64,000 nucleotides of DNA from Macrostomum lignano (lineage: Eukaryota). How positions within the stretch are numbered: the first letter of the stretch is position 1; each line of letters opens with the position of its first letter. The notes under the pieces are model-generated. The model was not told the DNA's origin, did not search any database, and was given only the letters and a program-made list of their open reading frames with translations. Where the stretch lies: positions 434,001 through 498,000 of the forward strand of contig NIVC01000006.1 of assembly GCA_002269645.1 (NCBI GenBank). The letters are read 5' to 3'. A program made the translations under genes and the position numbers. Below are positions 62,035 through 64,000 of the stretch, piece after piece.

Positions 62035-62413
62035 TAGCAGAATTGTCACACAGATGAATCCCATAATATGCTTTTTATAAAAATCATTCCTTTACTTAGC
62101 AGAATTGTCACACAGATGAATCCCATAATATGCTTTTTATAAAAAATCATTCCTTTACTTAGCAGAATTGTCACACAGATGAATCCCATAATATGCTTTT
62201 TATAAAAATCATTCCTTTACTTAGCAGAATTGTCACACAGATGAATCCCATAATATGCTTTTTATAAAAATCATTCCTTTACTTAGCAGAATTGTCACAC
62301 AGATGAATCCCATAATATGCTTTTTATAAAAAATCATTCCTTTACTTAGCAGAATTGTCACACAGATGAATCCCATAATATGCTTTTTATAAAAAATCAT
62401 TCCTTTACTTCAC
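62035..62413. repeat. 62/63-bp tandem repeat, 6 copies, derived from the 3' UTR end of the duplicated segment
   Basis: AATTG starts at 62041, 62103, 62166, 62228, 62290, 62353; the single ancestral copy lies at ~61194-61262. Confidence 0.97.
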
Positions 62414-62671
62414 GACTTTATGCCATCTAAACTATTCTTTCGCTGCAAAAATGGTTATCAATGATGTGGTAAAAATTTAATGATATCAATAAATGACTTA
62501 AAAGAAATTATTTCAATTCAATTTATTAAAAGTTTAAGGTTTTTATTAACGAATCGTGCTATTAATATTTATTGATAGTTTAAAAAATCAAATTTCGCAT
62601 TACCGTTTTATACTACTTAATGAGTCATCTCTAAAAATTCAATACCAAAAACAAGTAAAACTCTATTCGTA

Positions 62672-63133
62672 CTACTCGGCTAGCTGGGCAGCCAGTAGTC
62701 TGGTCAGCTCGTCGCGCTGATTTCGCAAAGATTCCCGACCGGCGCAGTGGAACAGCGGGCGGGCCCCTGTTGCGCAGTCCGCATCGAGCAAGGACTCCAA
62801 GGTGGCCCGATCGGCGAAGTGGCTGGCCAAGCTGCAGACGGCCTCGCAGTCTGATTGGCTACCGTCTGCCGCCTGAATCAGCGCCAGCCAATCGGCGCTC
62901 TGCAATCCTAGGCAGCCAATCAGGCGTCGACGCGTGTCCGCGGATGCGCCGTCCAATCGGATTAGCGGAAGGAGGCGGCGGGCTCGAAGCTCCGGATTGG
63001 TCAGCTCTCGACAGCCAATCAGAAGCGGCGCCTGAGAAATGCACAGAGCCAGGCTGGGGTGCGCGGAGCCGAGGCTGCGGCACAGGGCGTCAAAGCCAGA
63101 TGGCGGAGGCTGACCTGGCTGCAGCCACAGCAG
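62672..63133 (-). CDS. Terminal exon of a convergent minus-strand gene; weak resemblance to a degenerate AAA+ ATPase C-terminal/lid region
   Basis: Acceptor TTCTGCAG|CTG (63134-36); stop-free to TAG 62672-74; LIGCRELTNPELRARRLLPLIRLDGASADTRRRLIG...DWLALIQAADGSQSDCEAVCSLA; AATAAA on the minus strand near 62522. Confidence 0.7.
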   Translation of the reverse strand: MLWLQPGQPPPSGFDALCRSLGSAHPSLALCISQAPLLIGCRELTNPELRARRLLPLIRLDGASADTRRRLIGCLGLQSADWLALIQAADGSQSDCEAVCSLASHFADRATLESLLDADCATGARPLFHCAGRESLRNQRDELTRLLAAQLAE

Positions 63134-63233
63134 CTGCAGAATTGAGTTGAGAAGGGCTTTAAGAAACTCGAATTCTTAGAAAAACTGATGCTGATACTAG
63201 TGCTAAAGGCCCTGGTGCTAAAGCCTCTGCCCT

Positions 63234-63718
63234 CTGGTGCTGGCGCCCCGGGTGCTGGCGCCCCGGGTGCTGGCGCCCCGGGTGCTGGCGCCCCGGGTGC
63301 TGGCGCCCCGGGTGCTGGCGCCCCGGGTGCTGGCGCCCCGGGTGCTGGCGCCCCTGGTGCTGGCGCCCCGGGTGCTGGCGCCCCGGGTGCTGGCGCCCCG
63401 GGTGCTGGCGCCCGGGTGCTGGCGCCTCTGTTGCTGGCGCCCCTGGTGCTGGCGCCCCTGGTGCTGGCGCCCCTGGTGCTGGCGCCTCTGGTGCTGGCGC
63501 CCCTGGTGCTGGCGCCCCTGGTGCTGGCGCCCCTGGTGCTGGCGCCCCTGGTGCTGGCGCCCCTGGTGCTGGCGCCTCTGGTGCTGGCGCCCCTGGTGCT
63601 GGCGCCCCTGGTGCTGGCGCCCCTGGTGCTGGCGCCCCTGGTGCTGGCGCCCCTGGTGCTGGCGCCCCTGGTGCTGGCGCCCCTGGTGCTGGCGCCCCTG
63701 GTGCTGGCGCCCCTGGTG
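63234..63718. repeat. 15-bp minisatellite (GGTGCTGGCGCCCCK), about 32 copies
   Basis: Tandem units; fills intron 63134-63800 of the minus-strand gene. Confidence 0.98.
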
Positions 63719-63800
63719 TCACGCCTCAGTTCAAGTGGCGCCCCTCATAAAAGAACGGCGTCCCCAATGAAAGCTCCTGGCTACAGCAGCATCTGCTCAC

Positions 63801-63920
63801 CAGAAGAACTCGCTGAGCTACAAAAGCCAGACAGCAGCACTGCCGACTCTCCATGCCTGGTAGATTGTACAGCAGAGACAGCAGCCGCTTGAGCAGGCCC
63901 TCCGGGGTGGACAAGCTCAC
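63801..63920 (-). CDS. Penultimate exon of the minus-strand gene
   Basis: Branch point and acceptor CCTAACTGCCAG|GTG; VSLSTPEGLLKRLLSLLYNLPGMESRQCCCLAFVAQRVLL; donor CTG|GTGAGC; phase 0 joins the exon at 63133. Confidence 0.7.
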
Positions 63921-64000
63921 CTGGCAGTTAGGCGGACAATTAATAACTTTTTAACAACCATGTAAAGATATTTAGTTACTACTTTCATTTTGAAGTTTTT

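Noticed and set aside
60953-62413. LTR pair / TRIM element
   Set aside because: No TG...CA termini, PBS, PPT or TSD. The repeat is better explained as a duplicated acceptor plus terminal exon of the transporter.

Overview
Repeat-rich animal genomic DNA with spliceosomal introns; the density of 15-60 bp minisatellites recalls flatworm (Macrostomum-like) assemblies, but that assignment is inference. Genes reconstructed by hand from splice signals: a 3-exon class A neuropeptide GPCR (5134-19893, +) with a 12.6 kb GC-AG first intron; eIF3k (45403-50098, +, 3 exons); an MFSD2-type MFS transporter (~53391-61135, +) whose terminal exon is tandemly duplicated (second copy 61857-61977); the last two exons of a convergent minus-strand gene (62672-63920); and a probable terminal exon of an unknown gene (~520-953). 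The GPCR intron holds an apparently full-length, single-ORF Ingi-like non-LTR retrotransposon (7615-11749: APE, RT, RNase H, zinc finger, (AAG)10 tail, 13 bp TSD). Its first 70 nt fold by eye into an HDV-like self-cleaving ribozyme whose predicted cleavage site coincides with the element's 5' boundary, in sense orientation to the host pre-mRNA. A 15.6 kb 17/18-bp satellite occupies 27840-43461, and about 20 other mini/microsatellites fill introns and intergenic space, several sharing a GGCGCC(CC) core. Most long ORFs in the supplied track are artefacts of these repeats. All structure and homology calls were made by eye, with no database searches or folding software.
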